This document shows positions 31,901 to 37,900 of a stretch of 38,824 bases of DNA, one piece after another; within the stretch, counting starts at the first letter, position 1, and each line of letters begins with the position of its first letter. The position numbers and the translations under genes were made by a program. Source of the DNA: an uncultured Clostridia bacterium (lineage in GTDB: Bacteria > Bacillota > Clostridia > Christensenellales > UBA1242). The notes beneath the pieces were generated by a model, which worked only from the letters and a program-made list of their open reading frames with translations, was not told the origin of the DNA and did not search any database. Location of the stretch: positions 1 through 38,824 of the forward strand of contig CANQQH010000001.1 in assembly GCA_947625955.1 (NCBI GenBank), written 5' to 3'.

Positions 31901-34900
31901 GCAGCGAAGAAGAAGGCGAAAGCTTCACTATCACAACAAGCGATAGCGCAACAACCGACAAAGAGGTAACCGCTTCTCAAAACAAGAAGACCGGTTTCAC
32001 CTATAATGCTGAAAAAACAACGGCAGACGGAAAGGAAAAAGGCACTGTCACTGGTGACGGCAAACTTGAACTCACGCTCTACTATTCGCGTGATAAGTAT
32101 TCTGTTTCCTTCGATAAGAACACAGTTGGCACAACTGGCGACATCACCAACGACAAAGAGCTTCCATCACTTGAAGGTGTCAAGTTCGGCTCAAAGATTG
32201 GCGACAGACTCCCAGAAGCTCTTGAAAGAAATGGTTATGACTTCGCTGGTTGGTATGTTGAGCCAGGCAACTATTTGACCCCAGACTCAACAATGGATTG
32301 GGGTTCAGACACCGTTATCCATGCTGGCTGGACTGCTAAACAAAACACCAAGTATGCAATTGAATACTATATTGAAAGCGAGGGCGGGGAAGACGACGGC
32401 TTCACATTCCATTCAAAGGATGAGAACCTTGAAGGCACAACCGACCAAGTTGCACCAGTTGTTCAAAAGGAAATCAAGGGCTATCACTATGATAGTGCAA
32501 ATGAAAAGAATAAAGACAACGCCACAACAAAGGTCAATGGTAACGGCACAACAACTCTCAAAGTTTACTACGTGAAGAACGGCGGCATCAAAGTTGAGGT
32601 TAACGACCAAGAACTTGATGGCGAATATAAGACTGGCGATGAAGTAAAGATTCCAGCTGGAACTGTTACCCCTGAAACCGGCAAGCACGTTTCGGGCTAT
32701 GAATCTTCAACTCACCCTGATGTTCAGTTCGAAATCGACCCTGAAACTGGCGACGCAACATTCAAACTTCCAGAACTTGGTGAGGGCGAAACATTCGAGG
32801 TCGCTCCTAAGTTCGAAGACAACAAATATTTCGTGAAATTCAATGGCAACGGCGCAAGCAATCTTGAAGCAATGCCAAACCAAGAGTTCACCTATGGAAC
32901 AGAGGACAAACTCAATGCTAACCTCTTTGTTCGCGACGGCTATGACTTCGGCGGCTGGGCAGAAAGCGCTGAAAAAGCTGCCAGCGGCGAAGTGAAGTAT
33001 CAAAACGAAAACGAGCACATCCTCAACCTCAGCGAAACACACAACGCTGTTGTTGAAATCTTCGCAATTTGGACAGCAAGACAGTTCACTGTTCACTTCC
33101 ATGCAAACGGCGGAAGCGAAACAATGGATGACGAAACCTACACATTCATGAGCGAGAGCGAAACACTCAAAACAAATGAATTCACGCTCGTTGGTCATCA
33201 CTTCATGGGTTGGTCAGTTGATGCAGATGCAGCTTCAGTAACCTATGAAGACAATGCAAAGATCAACCTCATCACAAACTATAAAGCAGAGCTTGACCTC
33301 TATGCTGTTTGGGAAGCAAACAAAGTAAATGTTAAGTATGATGCAAACGAAGGAAGTGGCTCGGTTGAGGGCAGTGAACACACCTATGGTGAATCAAGCA
33401 CTCTTAACGATGCCGGAACTCTTTCACGCCCAGGCTACACCTTTGAGGGTTGGAACAGCGACCAAGAAGCTGCAAAGCGCGGCGAAGTTGAATTTGGAAA
33501 TGGTGAAACAATCACCGATCAATTCAAGAATGATGATGGTGATGAAGTAACACTCTATGCTGTTTGGAAAGCAAGAAATGACACTAAGTTCACAATTGAA
33601 TACTATCTTGAAGACCTCGATGCAACAAACGAGCTTGCTGGAACATATTCAAAGGTGGCTTCGCTCACCGAAGAGCTTGAGGGAACAACCGACACAACCT
33701 ATAACGTTCTCACAGCACCAACTTCGAAGTATTTCCAAGATGGCGTGAAGAAAGAGGGCGTTCTCCCTGGCTATAAGTTCACAAGTGTTGATGGTCAAGA
33801 GAAGCTCTCAGGCGTTATCTCAGCAACTGAGAAACTCGTTTTGAAAGTTTACTTCACTCGCGACACCGTTTCATTGAAGTTCGCAGCCGACAGCGAGAAT
33901 GAAGAAAATGCTGGCAAGCACCCAGAACAAAGCGTTCTCTTTGGCGCAAAGGTAGATTTGCCAACAAATGAGTTTGTCAAAGACGGCTACACCTTTGCTG
34001 GTTGGAGCGACGGAAAGCAAACTCATCAACCACAAACCAAGTTTGAAGTTCCTGGCGAGGGTCAAACCTTGACCGCCACCTGGACTGAAAACTCCTACAC
34101 AATTGCCTATGAGAAAGGAAATGGTGATTCTGGCGAAGAGACCTCTCAAACCGTTCACTATGAAGACGGCAGCGTTGCTCTCTCTGACGGCTCACACATG
34201 ACCAAGCTCGGCTACCACTTCGTTGGCTGGACAATCCAAGGCACTGAAAATGTTGTTAGCGGAACAATCAGCGTGAAAGAGCTGCTTCAAAAGAGCACAA
34301 TTTCTTCACCATATGCAAACAACTCTGAAATCACTCTTGTTGCGAAGTTCGATCCAAACACCAACACCAAGTACACAATCAAATATTGGAAGATGAGATA
34401 TACCGGTGATGGTTGGTTAGCAACTGAGCGCACAACTGAAAGACCTATTGCAACCATAACATCCGAAGGCACAACCGACGATAGCGTTTCTGTTTCACCT
34501 GCTTATAACTACACCGGCTATAAGACCCCAGACGCACAACAAATCACCATTGATGCCGACGGCAACACAACGGTTGACTTTGAATATTTGCCTCAAAGAA
34601 TAACCATCAGCTTTGAAGCCAACGACCCAAGCGGCTCGGGCGCTTCATTGCAAGGCGAAATGACAGCTGAAACCTATGCCTACGACGCAAACGCAACTAT
34701 CAAAACGAACGCATTTAAGTTCGAAAGCAACACCTACACATTCCTCGGCTGGTCAAAGACCGTTAGCCCTGCACTCAACGCTGCAATAGACTTTGGTGAC
34801 AATGACCCTATCAACTCAGTCATCGAGAGCATGAAGTCAAAAGATCTTGAACTTTCGCTCACTCTCTATGCTGTTTGGAAAAAGGGCGAGTCGGGCGTTA

Positions 34901-37900
34901 CAATTCAAGTGAAAACGCCTAACCTCGGCGTTGACGGAACCCCTAACGGGCAATACACAACAACAGCAAAGAATGTTGAAGTTAGAACTGGCGATCCATT
35001 CAACCTCAACGACGAAAAGATTGCCGAACTTCATCTCATCCCAGAAGGCTTTGAGAAGGGCAGCGTTCAAGGTGGAGAGATTGATAAAGTTGAAGGAAAC
35101 AAAACAATCGTTTTGACCCTTGTTCGCAAGACCTACACCGCAACCTTCAAATCTGGCGCAGTTGGCGTTGAAGACGGCAACCACACTCTCACTGTTCACT
35201 ATGGCGCAACTCTCAATCAAGCAATCGCTAACTACAAGATTGCAGAGGATAGCTATGGAATCTATCCATGCCCATATGAATACACCGGCCACAAGTTCTC
35301 AACTTGGAAAGTTGGCGGCGGGGATGTCAAGGGTTCTCCAACTCTCATCCAAGGCAACATCGATGTTACTGCCGATTGGGCAGCAATCACCCTTGTTGTT
35401 GAATACGCAGCCGACGGCGGTTCGTTCGTCAGCGGCAAGTCAAGCAAAGATGCAAGAGTAACCACTAACTACGACGCTGAAATTTCTCTTCCAAAAGCAA
35501 ACGAACTCTACACCAAGACTGGCTACACTCTCGAAGGCTGGAAGTATAACGAGGGCACCAAGCTTGCCTTCGGCGAAGACGGCTCAAAGAGCGTTAAAGT
35601 CAGCGAGATTGCCGATGCTCTTGGCCTCAACAAGGCAGCAAACGACGGCGAAACTCTCACTTTGACAGCTGATTGGAGAGAACACACCTACACTGTTCAC
35701 ATCGACTCTAACTTTGGCGAATTTGCCGCAAAAGGCAAACTTGAATTTCAAGACACCAAGAGCAATGACTTCGTTCTCAAATACACAGAGTCGGTAGTTC
35801 TCAACACAATTATCAAAGAGATCTCTCTTGAAGGTCACGATTTTGTTAACTTCTCATATGGCGGCAACGCAAAAGCTGTTAACTCTACCTTCACTCTTGC
35901 AGACTCTATCTCGAAACTCACAGCGCAAGACCAGGCAACTGTTAACCTTGTTGCCAACTGGTCAATCCACAGCTACACTCTCACAATAACAACGAACGCA
36001 GGCGAGCATGGAAAGGTTGAACTCTCAGGCGTTGACGGCCTCACAACAACCCTTGCCTATAACGCTTCGTTCACTGCGACAGCAACTGCAAACAAGCTTT
36101 CAGGTTATCACTTCGTTGGCTGGTATGAAGGAACCGACAACGAGGGCAGGCCTCTTGGCGCAGATGCAACTCTCACAATGAACATGCCTGCACTTGGCGA
36201 GGATGGCGCGACCTATAACGTTTATGCTTACTTCGAAGTTGACACCTATAATGTTGAATTCTCAATCACAGCCTACACCAACGACGAAACCGAGCAACTT
36301 GTTGGCGAATTCTCAGGCAACAAAGCAACGCTCAAAAAGCTTGTTGGTGGTGCGGCTCAGGAAGAAGCAGTTCAAACAATTAAATTTGGCGAACTATTCA
36401 CAGTAACCAAGGACGGCATTCAAAAAGGCTTTGACTTCATGGGTGTCAAGATTAATGGCAACCCAGTGGAAGGTAGTGCAGACTCGGGCTACAAAGTTCC
36501 TGCTCAAAGCGAGAACGGCGCAACAATCCATATTGAAGCAAGATTCTATGCTGTTGATTTTACTCTCTCATTCACTTCAACCGAAGAGGCTGAAATTCAA
36601 ACAAAAGGCTCACTGAAAGCAAGCTTCACAAAGACCTATAACATCTCCGACTTTGTTGAATCTGCAACAAGGAAAGGTTATGTTATCGACGGCTTCGATT
36701 TCAACAATAAGAACTATAAAGAGTCATTCACTCTCAACGACGAGTTCTTCGCTGAAATGGAAGACTATGGAACAAGCATCGAGTTCAAGGCTCACTGGAA
36801 AGCCGTTGAATACACCATCACCTATGATGCAAATGGTGGAAGCGGCACAGCAACCTCAACTCTTGACTACGCAACCGCTGGCACTCTTCACGACGGAACT
36901 GGCTTCACAATGTTTGGCTATAAGATTGTTGGCTGGTCAAAAGATAGCGGCAAAAACACAACAACTCTTGCCCTCAAAGCAAATGTAACAGGACAAGCTG
37001 TTGTTGAGGCTTGCGGCATCAGCCCAGAGCAAAGCGAGATCACTCTCTATGCTGTTTGGGAAGCAAAGGATGTAACCTTGACATTTGAAGCCCCAGACGC
37101 AAACGACAATGCAAGCTCATGGACAAATTGGAGCAATTCATTCGTTGAAGACGGAAAAGGCTTCATCTTCGCCACCAAGTTCGACGAGGCAATCCCAACT
37201 CTTCCAGAGCCTTCACGCACAGGCCACTCATTCCTTGGCTGGTTCGATACAGATGAAACCAAGATTGGCGAGAAAGTCAATGTTGAAGGGGGCACCTATC
37301 ATGCCAACTGGAAAGTTAACAAGTATAATGTGAAGACCTATGTTTATGCTCAAACTGGCAGCGAAGCAGCTGTTCTAACCAAAGCAGCAGCAAAGATCAC
37401 TGGCGAAACAAGCGTTGACTTTGGCAAAACAACAACTCTCACAGCAAATGCAAGCGAAGGCTACACATTTGTTGGCTGGTATGAAGGCAATGGCGTTAAC
37501 AGCGAGCAACTCACATCTAATGTTGAAGCCAATGTTCTCACAACCGACGAAATGGGTGTTGACGGCCTTGAATACACAGCTTTGGTGAAGGCAAACGCCT
37601 ACAAAATCACCGTTAACGCAGCTGGCGGACGCATTGCTCTCAGAGAGGGTGCTTCAAACCTTGGAACAACCCAAATCGATGCCTACTGGAACAGAGCGCT
37701 CAAACTTGAAGACAAAATTTTGAGCATCACAAAAGATGGCTACACATTCTTAAATGTTAGAAGCATTGACTCAAAGACCTATGGTCTTAGTGACGAAATT
37801 TTGAACCTTACTTCAAATGATGGTGGGGAAGTTGTGCTCACAGCTCAATGGCAAATCCACACCTACAACTTGAAAGTTCAAACTGAGGGCGGAACAGCGG